64,000 nt of DNA from Bacteroidales bacterium (GCA_016934395.1 JAFGSZ010000030.1:4089-68088); one strand, 5' to 3'. Positions 18,205 through 28,443 are shown, counted from the stretch's first letter. Translations and numbers: made by a program. The notes: generated by a model not told the origin, from the letters alone.

Positions 18205-19128
18205 TTAATTGGTAAACATTGAGGAATTGTGTTCAATTTCCTCAAAATTGCGCATAGCCACAGAAGCCAGGCAAATAAAATCTTTTTGGATCACCCATTT
18301 TATGGCATCACGAATGCTGGGTTCAGACGATGGATCGAGAGCCAGCGCTCCGGCAGAACAGGTTTTCATGGCAATGGTACCGATATTATTGTCGTGGAGC
18401 TTTTTTAAATATCCTTCAAGAGCCGTTTGGTCCCATTCGTTAAAATAGCCCGAAACAGAATGGTTATAGGAACCCTTAAAATTATAAGGTACCATTAACA
18501 CATCATAAAACATATTTTTTGTAGCTGCCTCAACGCATTTTAGGTCGACAGAATGTGCTGAAAATCCATGTGCCCGGATTTTTCCGGACGTTTTTGCATC
18601 TTCAAAAAAGCGCATTACTTCTTCGTTAAATAATAATTCAGGAGATTCTGCATTATGCAACAGCATAATATCTATATAATCGGTTTGTAAAGCCTGCAGG
18701 CACTCATTCAGGGTGTTTTCCAATATCGTTCGGATCTTATCTTTTGTTTCCGGATTTTTTAAATTATTTAAAATTGATTCATCCCTTATGGGTATTTTTG
18801 ACTGGATAATAACCTGATCCCGGATACCTTTTAAGGTTTTGCCGAGCATTTCTTCATTTTGCCCGTTAAAGTATGTTCTGCCCGTATCAATAAAGTTCAA
18901 ACCTTTATTAAGCGCTGCTTTAACAACAGCCGGTTGTAAGGTACGCGAAGCGCCAAATCCCAGCGGATTCACTTTAAGTCCCGTTCGTCCCAGAATTTTC
19001 GGCTCCATTTTAAAGTGACTTAAATCTGCGGAAAATATTTTTCCGGCAGCTATTGTGCTTATACCTAATAAACCTGAAACCTTCAGCAGGAATTCTTTTC
19101 TTGAAAGTTTTATTAATCTGTTTCTCAT
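18205..19128 (-). CDS. Aldo/keto reductase (exported)
   Basis: GFGASR..., FIDTGRTYFNGQNEEMLG, and an AKR-length TIM barrel. N-terminal signal-like segment. Confidence 0.85.
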   Translation of the reverse strand: MRNRLIKLSRKEFLLKVSGLLGISTIAAGKIFSADLSHFKMEPKILGRTGLKVNPLGFGASRTLQPAVVKAALNKGLNFIDTGRTYFNGQNEEMLGKTLKGIRDQVIIQSKIPIRDESILNNLKNPETKDKIRTILENTLNECLQALQTDYIDIMLLHNAESPELLFNEEVMRFFEDAKTSGKIRAHGFSAHSVDLKCVEAATKNMFYDVLMVPYNFKGSYNHSVSGYFNEWDQTALEGYLKKLHDNNIGTIAMKTCSAGALALDPSSEPSIRDAIKWVIQKDFICLASVAMRNFEEIEHNSSMFTN

Positions 19129-19421
19129 AATTTCGGGTATAGAAGATTTTATTTTTTGTGTAAGTTAAAAAACTAATTTTAATTTATCATTAACTAGAAA
19201 TCCGGTGATTTTAATAATTAAAAAATCAGATAGTAGTAAAGTTCAAATCATCAGAATATAATCATTAATTTACTTAGTCGTTAATAATATTCAATGATGT
19301 AAAATAATATGAATATTAAAAATGATACATTTCTGCTCTTTTTTGGAATTTTTCGTCGTTAGTTAAAGGATTAATAGATTATTTTAGAATGATAAAATTA
19401 TATCTTGTATAAATTCGATTT

Positions 19422-22400
19422 ATGATAAAGTTCAGAGCTGTTTTATATATTCTTTTTATTTCCATCTTTTTAGTTTTAAACACCTATTCTCAGGAATCAG
19501 GTTATATTGATAGCCTAAAGGTTGAGCTTACAAAAAAAAAGAATGCTGAAGACAGTGTGAATATATTATGCAGAATTGCCTGGGCTGCAGCCGGATTTGA
19601 CTCCGTACAAACATTACAATATGGACTTCAGGCCCTGAAAATCGCAGAAAAAATTCAGAACCAGGAACGGATTTCAGAAGCTTATGATGCTGCGGCATGG
19701 GGTTATCGGGTAAATAGTGAATTTGAAAAGGCAAAATTTCTGTACGAACAATCCCTGAAGATTGGAAGGGAACATGCCTTGCCGGAAAGAATAGCCTGGG
19801 GTTGTTATAATTTATCGCAATTGGCAATAAATTCCGGCCGGTTTGAAGAGGCTAAAGTACTTGCTGAAGAAAGCCGGAAAAATTTCAAATCCCTGAACAA
19901 TTACTATATGGTAATCAATTGTAATACTGTTAAGCTAAAGGCGGATAAAATAAGCGGGTTTTCAGAAGCCACTATTGATACTTTTATAAGCGACATTAAT
20001 GGATCTTTTACCCATGTTCAGGATTCTGCATATCTGATAAATGCCTATCTGAGCCTGGCAAATCTTTATTCACAACGAGAAAATAAAAGTCAATCGCTGC
20101 ATTACATCCAGTTGGCAATGGAGCTTGCCGAATTATCAAATAACAAAAAAGGTATTGTTAAAACGTATAATGAAATAGGTAATTATTTTCGCGATGAGTT
20201 AAAAAACTATGAAGTTGCTCTGGTTTACTACAATAAAATACTTAAAATTTATGAAAATAATGCCTGGGAACTAAATACGGCAGATATGTACAACCAGATA
20301 GGAAGTGTATATCAGTTAATGCTGCAAGATTCCCTGGCCCTGGAATACTTTCAGAAAAGCCTGGAAATTGGCACCCGGCTTAACCACCGTCACACAAAGG
20401 CAGATTCCTATAAAAATATTGGTAAGATCTGTTATTTGAATAATCAATACGATGATGCATTGTCTTATTTTCTTAAAAGCTATGAAACCGGATGTGATAT
20501 ATGTCCAAACATTAAATTTCATAGTGTTCTGATCGATGTGGGTAATGTGTACCTCCAAATCAAAGATTTCAGTAATGCCTACAGGTATTACCAAAAAAGT
20601 CTGGTTTTAGCCGATTCTTCAGGTTCCAGTATCGAAAGGGCTATCTCGCTGCAGCATATCGGAAATTATTTTAAAGTTTCGGGAAGGATAAATCAGGCCA
20701 TAAAAAATTATTCGAAAGCCATGGAACTTTCCTATGCTACAAATACACTGCATTTGCAAAGAGATATAAGTAAGGAATTAAGTAAGATTTATTTTGAGAT
20801 GGGCAATTATAAAAATGCCTTCGAATTACTAAAAGTTTCAAATACATTAAAAGACAGTCTCGATATTATATCAAAAGCCGATAACATGGCACGGCTTGAA
20901 ACAAAATTTGAATTTCAGAACCTGCAATTACAAAAAGAGCTCGAGATTAAAGAGAATAAGATAATAGCAGATGAAGAAATAAATAAACAAGCTCAGCAAA
21001 AATTCTTTTTTATTATAGGGTTCGTTTTGATGACCCTTCTTGGAATTGTAATATTCACAGGATATCGAAGAAAAAAGAAAGATAACCGGTTACTGGAATT
21101 ACAGAAAAAACAAATTGAAAAAATGTCTGACGAGGTTCATCAGGCAGATCAGGCAAAACTTCAGTTTTTTACGAATATATCGCATGAATTTAAAACACCG
21201 CTTACCATAATAATGGGTATGACTGAAAAAATAAAAAGTCTGGTTCACGATGATCAATATCTGAAAATTATTCGCAAAAATTCACTGAAACTTTTACAAT
21301 TGGTTAACCATTTACTCGATTTAAGAAAAATTGATTCGTCGAAAATGAAGTTAAGTGTAAAGGAGGGAAACATCAATGAATTTATTAAGGGGATAATAAG
21401 CTCATTTGAAAATATTGCCCAGCAAAAATCTATTAATATAGATTTTCATGCGGAAACCGGCCAGGTTACCGGTTTTTTCGATCATGATAAAATGGAGAAG
21501 ATTGTTGGCAATTTGATATCGAATGCACTTAAATATACAAACCATAATGGTTTAGTTAAAATTTCTACCAAAGAAACTGCTAACAGATATATTGAAATAG
21601 ATGTAAGTGATAATGGAATTGGAATTTCTGAAAACGAGCTGAAAAATATTTTCAACCGTTTTTATCGCGTTTCAGAAAATAATAATCAGGGATCCGGTAT
21701 AGGATTAGCGCTTGTAAAGGAACTTGTTGAATTGCATAAAGGAGCAATAAAAGTTCATTGTGAAAAAGGTGTAGGTTCAAGTTTTATAGTAAGTGTGCCT
21801 GTAGATAAACAGTTTTATTCTGAAGGTGAATTTACAAATGAAGAAAATGAAACAAGTTCATGGAATTATGCTGAAATTTTAGATATTGAAGATGAAAAAA
21901 CAAAAGTACAGCATCTAAATACTCCGGATCCAAACAGAAAAACAATACTAATAGTTGAAGATAACCACGATTTACGCAAGTATGTTGCAGGAATGTTTAT
22001 TGATGAATACGAAGTTATTGAGGCCCCAAATGGTAAAGATGGATATAAGATGGCACGCGAATATGTGCCGGATATTATTATCAGTGATATTATGATGCCG
22101 GCCATGTCGGGAATTCAATTGGTTGATAAAATAAAAAATGATGTTACAACCAGTCATATCCCTATAATTTTACTTACTGCCAAAAACGATATAGGCACGC
22201 GTTTAAATAGCTTTGAAAAAGGCGCCGATGATTATATCAGCAAACCTTTTGATTCGGCAATTTTAAAATCCAGGGTAGAAAACCTGTTAAGATTAAGGAA
22301 ACAACTGGTTGAAAAATTCTCCAAGCAGTTTCAGCTTCAGCCCCGGGAAATTTCGATTGAAAATGCTGATCAAAAATTTTTACAGGAAGCAATCTTTATA

Positions 22401-22706
22401 ATCGAAAAACATATATCCAATCCAAACTTAAATGTTGAATTGCTCGCCATGGAATTGGGTGTCAGCCGAACACAGCTGTATAGAAAACTTAATGCCCTTA
22501 CCGATTATCCTGCCAAACATTTTATTCGGATTATCCGCCTCAAAAGGGCAGCACAGATATTGAAACAAGGCCAAAATAACATTGCTGAGGTAATGGATGC
22601 AACAGGTTTTAGCAACTATTCTTTTTTTAATAATTGTTTTAAAGAGTACTTTGGTAAATACCCTAAAGAATATTCAATAGTAAGTGTTAAAGGAAATCTG
22701 AATTAA
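19422..22706 (+). CDS. Hybrid two-component system protein: TPR sensor - TM - HisKA - HATPase - REC - AraC HTH
   Basis: TPR-like repeats, FFTNISHEFKTPLT H-box, GSGIGLALVKELV G-box, REC (VEDNHDL...SDIMMP), C-terminal AraC HTH. Confidence 0.9.
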   Translation: MIKFRAVLYILFISIFLVLNTYSQESGYIDSLKVELTKKKNAEDSVNILCRIAWAAAGFDSVQTLQYGLQALKIAEKIQNQERISEAYDAAAWGYRVNSEFEKAKFLYEQSLKIGREHALPERIAWGCYNLSQLAINSGRFEEAKVLAEESRKNFKSLNNYYMVINCNTVKLKADKISGFSEATIDTFISDINGSFTHVQDSAYLINAYLSLANLYSQRENKSQSLHYIQLAMELAELSNNKKGIVKTYNEIGNYFRDELKNYEVALVYYNKILKIYENNAWELNTADMYNQIGSVYQLMLQDSLALEYFQKSLEIGTRLNHRHTKADSYKNIGKICYLNNQYDDALSYFLKSYETGCDICPNIKFHSVLIDVGNVYLQIKDFSNAYRYYQKSLVLADSSGSSIERAISLQHIGNYFKVSGRINQAIKNYSKAMELSYATNTLHLQRDISKELSKIYFEMGNYKNAFELLKVSNTLKDSLDIISKADNMARLETKFEFQNLQLQKELEIKENKIIADEEINKQAQQKFFFIIGFVLMTLLGIVIFTGYRRKKKDNRLLELQKKQIEKMSDEVHQADQAKLQFFTNISHEFKTPLTIIMGMTEKIKSLVHDDQYLKIIRKNSLKLLQLVNHLLDLRKIDSSKMKLSVKEGNINEFIKGIISSFENIAQQKSINIDFHAETGQVTGFFDHDKMEKIVGNLISNALKYTNHNGLVKISTKETANRYIEIDVSDNGIGISENELKNIFNRFYRVSENNNQGSGIGLALVKELVELHKGAIKVHCEKGVGSSFIVSVPVDKQFYSEGEFTNEENETSSWNYAEILDIEDEKTKVQHLNTPDPNRKTILIVEDNHDLRKYVAGMFIDEYEVIEAPNGKDGYKMAREYVPDIIISDIMMPAMSGIQLVDKIKNDVTTSHIPIILLTAKNDIGTRLNSFEKGADDYISKPFDSAILKSRVENLLRLRKQLVEKFSKQFQLQPREISIENADQKFLQEAIFIIEKHISNPNLNVELLAMELGVSRTQLYRKLNALTDYPAKHFIRIIRLKRAAQILKQGQNNIAEVMDATGFSNYSFFNNCFKEYFGKYPKEYSIVSVKGNLN

Positions 22707-22866
22707 TAAATCATTTCAATTAAAATGAAAATTTTAGTTTAAGTAACCATTTATAAATTAATCTTTTACTTCACCGGGAACATCTCTGCTTATATTTGGG
22801 ATACCTCGTCGCAACTATTTTTTCATAGTGTATTAATTTGCTTACAAAATTTAAAATTTGTCAGCT

Positions 22867-24714
22867 ATGAAAAATTCAAAACAAATCAGAAACAAATATC
22901 TTATTCGGAAAGATATATGGATTACTATGCTTTTAATAGTTTTTTTTATACTCGGTTTTCAAGGCCTGACTTTTGCCCAGAATTGCCAGGCAAAAGCTGA
23001 GGGAAAAAAAACCATTGCTGAAGTTCTGCCAAAAGTAGTTGAACAGGGCAACCTGGAGAAACTCAAAACTATGGTCGAGAAATATGATGTGGATGTAAAC
23101 GAACAGCTTAAAAATGATGAAACTGCTTTAACACTTGCATCTTATCATGGGCAAACTGCCATGGCACAATATCTGATTGATAACGGGGCCGATATTCATA
23201 AAAAGAATAAATGGAATAATTCGGCATTAAGCAATGCAACAATGCAAGGGCACGATGATATCGTATGGATGTTATTAAAAAACGGGGCCGATGTAAATGA
23301 GAAAGGAAATTCCGGATATACCGGTTTACACCAGGCAATCAGGAAAGATCACCCAACTACTGTTGCCATTTTAATAAAAAAAGGCGCTGATGTAAATATA
23401 AAAGATGATTATAATCGCCCGCCAATTCTATTGGCTTCCTGGTATGGTAATCCCGAAATTATAAGCAGGCTTGCAGATGCCGGTGCCGATTTAAATTTTA
23501 AAATGGACGATAATAACAGTGTACTGCATAATCTTGCTGGTGGAGGCTACGTAAAAAGTGTACAACTATTACTTGAGCGTGGAGCCGATGCGAATGTAAA
23601 GGACCAAAATGGCAGGTTGCCCATTCATAATGCAGCAATTAACGGATATGCAAAAATAGTGAGTTTACTTATTCCAAAAACAATAGATATCGGTAGTAAA
23701 GAAAATACATTAGGAAATACCCCCTTGCATATTGCCTCAATTAATGGCGATCTGGAAACATCAAAAATGCTGATTGAAGCTAATGCAAATTCGGATATTA
23801 CAAATTCATTGGGTAAAAAGCCACTGGATTATGCCATTAAATATGGATATGCGGATTTGGTGTCTTTATGTGTTGAAAAAAATATTGCCACAAAAGAAGA
23901 TATTAAATCGGCTAAGAAAGTCCGGGAGTCTGCAGATTCAAAGCTTGCTGACGGACAGGCAAAAGTTATTTATACCGGGCATTCAGGCTGGATTGTGCAA
24001 ACGCAAAATAATTACCTGGTATTTGATTTTTGGGATCAAAATTTAAGTTCATCCAAATGTCTTGCTAATGGCGCTTTTTGTGAAAAAGAAATGAAAGATA
24101 AAAATGTATATGTGTTTGTTTCACATGATCATTCAGATCATTTTGATACTGCCATTTATGCCTGGGCAAATGAGGTGGCAAACATTACTTATATTTTCGG
24201 GTTTAAGCCAGAAGAATCATGGCTTTATCAAAATCGTTCCTATAATGGACCTTCATATTCTTATATTAAAGATAATGAAACCAGCAAGGTAAATGATATA
24301 AAGGTTACTACGATTAAATCAAACGATACGGGTCAGGGTTTTCTGGTTCAGGTAGACGGACTAAAAATTTATCATCCCGGAGATCATGCGCTGTTTACTG
24401 CCGAAGATGAAGCGGGTTTTAAAAAGGAAGTTGATTTTCTTGCCGATCAGACAGCGCAGGTAGACATTGCCTTCCTTCCGGTTACAGGTTGTCCCTCCCG
24501 ATGGAAAAAGGAATTTATTGTTGAAGGTTTTTTCTATTCTATACAGAAGTTAAATCCAACACAGGTTTTTCCCATGCATGCTTTCCAGAGGGAATATAAC
24601 CTGAAAGAATTTGCTGAATTAGCAGAAGAAAGAAAAAGCCAGACAAATATTGTATGTGCTGAAAACCGGGGAGATAATTTTATCTATGAAAAAAATCTGA
24701 TAGTTAGCAAGTAG
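22867..24714 (+). CDS. Ankyrin-repeat protein fused to an MBL-fold metallo-hydrolase-like domain
   Basis: About eight ANK repeats (G.T.LH.A...GH..IV..LL..GADVN). C-terminal SHDHSDHFD (HxHxDH). I prefer the ATG at 22867 to the TTG at 22858. Confidence 0.8.
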   Translation: MKNSKQIRNKYLIRKDIWITMLLIVFFILGFQGLTFAQNCQAKAEGKKTIAEVLPKVVEQGNLEKLKTMVEKYDVDVNEQLKNDETALTLASYHGQTAMAQYLIDNGADIHKKNKWNNSALSNATMQGHDDIVWMLLKNGADVNEKGNSGYTGLHQAIRKDHPTTVAILIKKGADVNIKDDYNRPPILLASWYGNPEIISRLADAGADLNFKMDDNNSVLHNLAGGGYVKSVQLLLERGADANVKDQNGRLPIHNAAINGYAKIVSLLIPKTIDIGSKENTLGNTPLHIASINGDLETSKMLIEANANSDITNSLGKKPLDYAIKYGYADLVSLCVEKNIATKEDIKSAKKVRESADSKLADGQAKVIYTGHSGWIVQTQNNYLVFDFWDQNLSSSKCLANGAFCEKEMKDKNVYVFVSHDHSDHFDTAIYAWANEVANITYIFGFKPEESWLYQNRSYNGPSYSYIKDNETSKVNDIKVTTIKSNDTGQGFLVQVDGLKIYHPGDHALFTAEDEAGFKKEVDFLADQTAQVDIAFLPVTGCPSRWKKEFIVEGFFYSIQKLNPTQVFPMHAFQREYNLKEFAELAEERKSQTNIVCAENRGDNFIYEKNLIVSK

Positions 24715-24806
24715 AGTTGTTTGTCCATTCATTCCCGCATTATTATAGTTTTTTTAATTCTATTAATAATGCGGGATTATCTGCCAAAAATGTAAATTTT
24801 CAAAAG

Positions 24807-25661
24807 ATGAAATTTCAAATAGTAATAGTGGTTTACTTATGCTGTTCATATCCTGCAATTCTTGCACAAAACATTGATTATCTTAATCAGACGCCGCCGG
24901 GAAATATCCCTGAAATCTTCGCACAGGGAATAATTTCAGTAGAAAATAGTAATAGTCATGCCTTGGTTTTTTCCCCGGATGGGAAGACCCTGATTTTCTC
25001 AAGATACCCCGACCGTAAATCATACATGATGGTTTATGATAAAGGGAAATGGAGTGATCCGACAGAAGCTTCGTTTTTTGGTAAAGAAGTATCCTTTACT
25101 CCCGATGGGAATAAAATATATTATTACACTGGCGGCGATATCTTTTATGTAAAAAGAGAAACATCCGGATGGTCCAATCCTGAAAAGGTATCCGGAGCGA
25201 TTATTTCCAATGATCAGGTAGAGTATTATCCGTGTATTGTAAACAGCGGAGCGATGTATTTTTCAAGAAACAGCAATTGGAAAGATGCCCGAATCATGTA
25301 TGCCGAAATTAAAAACGGACAATTTATCGAAGCTGTTGATCTTGGATCGCCTGTAAATGATGGTGGGGCTTCACATGCCTGGGTAGCCCCGGATGAAAGT
25401 TACATGCTGTTCAATTCACCGAGGGAGGGTAGCTATACACAAAATGACATATGGGTAAGTTTCAGAAATTCTGATAAAAGCTGGGGTGTTCCAAAGAATC
25501 TTGGTGAAAAAGTTAATGCTGCAGCTGATGCTGTTTTATGCCCTACAGTCAGCAGAGACGGGAAATATTTGTTTTTTACCAGGTTAAAATTCGGGGATAA
25601 TAATACGGGATTAATTTACTGGGTTAGTACCAATATATTTATACAGTTGAATCATGATTAA
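24807..25661 (+). CDS. PD40/TolB-like beta-propeller repeat protein, secreted
   Basis: Repeats FSPDGKTLIFSR, FTPDGNKIYY, VAPDESYMLFNS, VSRDGKYLFFTR. I prefer the start MKFQIVIVVYLCCSYPAILAQ (ATG 24807) to the non-ATG track start at 24717. Confidence 0.6.
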   Translation: MKFQIVIVVYLCCSYPAILAQNIDYLNQTPPGNIPEIFAQGIISVENSNSHALVFSPDGKTLIFSRYPDRKSYMMVYDKGKWSDPTEASFFGKEVSFTPDGNKIYYYTGGDIFYVKRETSGWSNPEKVSGAIISNDQVEYYPCIVNSGAMYFSRNSNWKDARIMYAEIKNGQFIEAVDLGSPVNDGGASHAWVAPDESYMLFNSPREGSYTQNDIWVSFRNSDKSWGVPKNLGEKVNAAADAVLCPTVSRDGKYLFFTRLKFGDNNTGLIYWVSTNIFIQLNHD

Positions 25662-26151
25662 AAATATGATGTAAAATTCTAATTTCACGGTAGATTGCTT
25701 TTGGCATTTTAATCGTACAATTTTTTTATGTTGTTTAATCCCTTATATTCATTTAATTACTGTTCAAATAATATTAATTACCCATCTTATGTTGGTTTTC
25801 AATTATTAATTTGTGAATTTTTATTCTGAAGTATCATTCACAATTCCTGCCTGTTATAACGTTCTTCTCAATAAAAGCAGCAGTTGTTAATACATTGTTT
25901 TAATATAGTATTGAACTGTTATACAAATATATATTTTACATATAGGATCACTGATCATATCCGACTAATGCCACTTTCTGTGGTAATATAAAATTCTCGT
26001 CTTCTTCAAATTTTAAAGAATCCTCATAACCTTGCCGTCTTCTTTTATGGTTTTAAGTCAATTCAGAAGCTTTAATTAATCCCTGTATAGTGCAGGGAAA
26101 AATTATTAACTTTACTATTCATATTATGTTAATTCAAGGAGTACTTTATTA

Positions 26152-26712
26152 TTGAAAATATACATCAAAAATATGGTTTGTATACGCTGCCAGATGGTAG
26201 TGAAGGCCGAACTGGAGAAATTCGGCCTGCATTATAGTGATGTAAAATTAGGAGAAGCAACTATTTTTGAGGATTTACAACCGGAACAATTGGATCAATT
26301 GGATAAGGCTTTAAGAAAATCAGGATTGCAGGTAATGGATGATAAAAAAAGTGTTCTGGTGGAGAAAATTAAAAGTGCTATTATAGAATTAGTACACTAT
26401 ACTGAGGAACAAATTAGGGTGAACCTTTCTGATTACCTGAGCGAAAAACTTAATCATGATTATACCTATCTCGCTAATCTTTTTTCAGAAATTAAAGGCA
26501 TAACCATCGAAAAATATTACCTCACCCATAAAATAGAAAAAGTAAAAGAACTTATTGTCTACGATGAGTTAAATTTGACCGAAATAGCATACAAAATGCA
26601 CTATAGCAGTGTTGCACATCTGTCAAATCAATTTAAAAAATTTACCGGACTTACCCCTTCTCATTTTAAGCAACTCAAAAATAAAAGGCGTGGTACCCTT
26701 AATGATGTGTGA
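26152..26712 (+). CDS. HMA-like (MxCxxC) domain fused to an AraC-family HTH regulator (paralog 1)
   Basis: The N-terminus MKIYIKNMVCIRC aligns with MKLYIKNMVCNRC of the ATG-started paralog at 48969-49559, which supports the TTG start. C-terminal AraC HTH (MHYSSVAHLSNQFKKFTGLTPSHF). Confidence 0.85.
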   Translation: MKIYIKNMVCIRCQMVVKAELEKFGLHYSDVKLGEATIFEDLQPEQLDQLDKALRKSGLQVMDDKKSVLVEKIKSAIIELVHYTEEQIRVNLSDYLSEKLNHDYTYLANLFSEIKGITIEKYYLTHKIEKVKELIVYDELNLTEIAYKMHYSSVAHLSNQFKKFTGLTPSHFKQLKNKRRGTLNDV

Positions 26713-26772
26713 ATTATGTAAATATTATCAGGAATTTTGTAACACATCATCCGCTTGGTATCACGAATTTTA
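26705..26772 (+). promoter_or_regulatory. Composite stress-island promoter copy P1 (direct repeats + -7 box)
   Basis: ATGTGTGAATTATGTAAATATTATCAGGAATTTTGTAAC, 21-nt spacer, GAATTTTA. The TGA inside the first repeat (26710-26712) is the stop codon of the HMA-AraC gene. Next gene: radical SAM, ATG 182 nt after the box. Confidence 0.75.
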
Positions 26773-26954
26773 TATGATCATTAATTAAACAGTTTTAAGC
26801 AGGCATATTTCGAAATAATAAAATTTTATTTCGAGTTATTATTGAAAATCCTGCATCTCATTTCCCCCACTTTTTTACCAAATACCACAGATAATTTAAT
26901 TCTGATAATTAATGACTCAGTTACCAGGAGTAGTTTAATTCAAAAAAAATTACG

Positions 26955-28442
26955 ATGAAAATATTATTAATTTACCCGCAGTGCCCGGATTCTTTTTGGA
27001 GTTTCAAACATGCCTTAAAATTCATCTCGAAAAAGGCAGCTGTTCCGCCACTTGGATTAATAACCGTTTCGGCGATGCTCCCGTCAACATGGCAGAAAAA
27101 ACTGGTAGACATGAATATTTCTACACTTCAAACAAATGATATCGAATGGGCTGATTTTGTATTTATAAGTGCCATGTACATTCAAAAGGAGTCGGTGAAT
27201 AAAATAATAGCAGCATGTTTAAAGCTCGGTGTAAAGATTGTTGCCGGGGGTCCTCTTTTTACCCAGGAATATAAAAACTACCCTCAAATTGATCATTTTA
27301 TATTAAATGAAGCCGAGATTACCTTACCCTTGTTTTTGAAAGATTTAGATTCCGGGCATCCAAAAAAACTTTACAAAACCAGCGAATTTGCAGATCTTTC
27401 TTTGACACCTGTTCCTGATTACTACTTGTTACAACAGAAGAAATACGCCTTTATGAATATACAGATTGGGCGTGGATGCCCCTATTCATGCGATTTTTGT
27501 GAGATAACGTCACTTTTGGGCCACAAAGTCCGGATGAAAAATACCAGTCAAATTATAGATGAGCTTGACACATTATATGCCCTTAACTGGCGCGGGCCGG
27601 TTTCTATTGTGGATGATAATTTTATTGGCAACAAAAAAGAAATTAAATATGGCCTGCTTCCTGCAATTAAAAAATGGATGCAAATTCATAAGTTTCCCTT
27701 TATATTTAATATTCAAAGTTCAATTAACCTGGCCGATGATGAAGAATTAATGTTTTTAATGGTGGAAACGGGATTTACTTCTACATTTATTGGTATTGAA
27801 ACACCTGTGGAGGAGGCGCTTTACGAATGCAATAAAGTTCAGAATAAAAACCGCGACCTGTTGCAATGTGTTAGAAAAATACAACAAACCGGAATACAGG
27901 TATCAGGCGGATTTATTGTGGGTTTCGACAGCGATACTCCGGGTGTTTTTCAGCGACAGATCGATTTTATACAAAAAAGCGGGATTGTTTCTGCCATGGT
28001 AGGCTTATTAAATGCCCCAAAAAATACCCGGTTGTATAACCGGTTAGCAGCAGAAAAAAGATTAACAATTGAAGCCTCAGGAAATAATACCGATTTGTCC
28101 ATGAATTTTATTCCAAAAATGAACTACAATGAACTAATTGCCGGTTACAAAAAAATCATTTATAATATATATGCAACCAAGCCATACTATAAGAGATTAC
28201 GGCAGTTGCTATTAAACTACAACCGATTATATAAAAGACAATCAAGAATTAACTTGTCGCTTCTTGGTGCTTTTTTTAAATCTGTCTATATCATCGGCAT
28301 ACGGAACAGAGGCAGGGGTGAATATTGGAAATTAATGATTTGGACTTTATTTAGAAGGCCCGGATTAATGATAGATGCGATTACCTTTACTGTTTACGGA
28401 TACCATTTCAGAACAATATACGGTTTGGCAAATATGCCCTGA
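26955..28442 (+). CDS. B12-binding-domain radical SAM protein (DUF4070-type C-terminus)
   Basis: The N-terminus MKILLIYPQCPDSFWSF...PPLGL is typical of the B12-binding class. CPYSCDFC is a CxxxCxxC cluster motif. Confidence 0.9.
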   Translation: MKILLIYPQCPDSFWSFKHALKFISKKAAVPPLGLITVSAMLPSTWQKKLVDMNISTLQTNDIEWADFVFISAMYIQKESVNKIIAACLKLGVKIVAGGPLFTQEYKNYPQIDHFILNEAEITLPLFLKDLDSGHPKKLYKTSEFADLSLTPVPDYYLLQQKKYAFMNIQIGRGCPYSCDFCEITSLLGHKVRMKNTSQIIDELDTLYALNWRGPVSIVDDNFIGNKKEIKYGLLPAIKKWMQIHKFPFIFNIQSSINLADDEELMFLMVETGFTSTFIGIETPVEEALYECNKVQNKNRDLLQCVRKIQQTGIQVSGGFIVGFDSDTPGVFQRQIDFIQKSGIVSAMVGLLNAPKNTRLYNRLAAEKRLTIEASGNNTDLSMNFIPKMNYNELIAGYKKIIYNIYATKPYYKRLRQLLLNYNRLYKRQSRINLSLLGAFFKSVYIIGIRNRGRGEYWKLMIWTLFRRPGLMIDAITFTVYGYHFRTIYGLANMP

Positions 28443-28443
28443 A

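Noticed and set aside
19292-19303. Isolated half-sites CAATGATGTAAA (19292-19303) and ATATGATGTAAA (25664-25675) in intergenic regions
   Set aside because: They are single 9-10-nt AT-rich matches with no partner repeat at +21 and no correctly spaced -7 box. Roughly one such match is expected by chance in this window.
26779-26954. Cobalamin riboswitch in the leader of the B12-binding radical SAM gene
   Set aside because: I could not find a B12-box-like conserved core or the expected multi-stem arrangement by eye. Only one simple hairpin is present. An Infernal scan is needed to exclude it formally.
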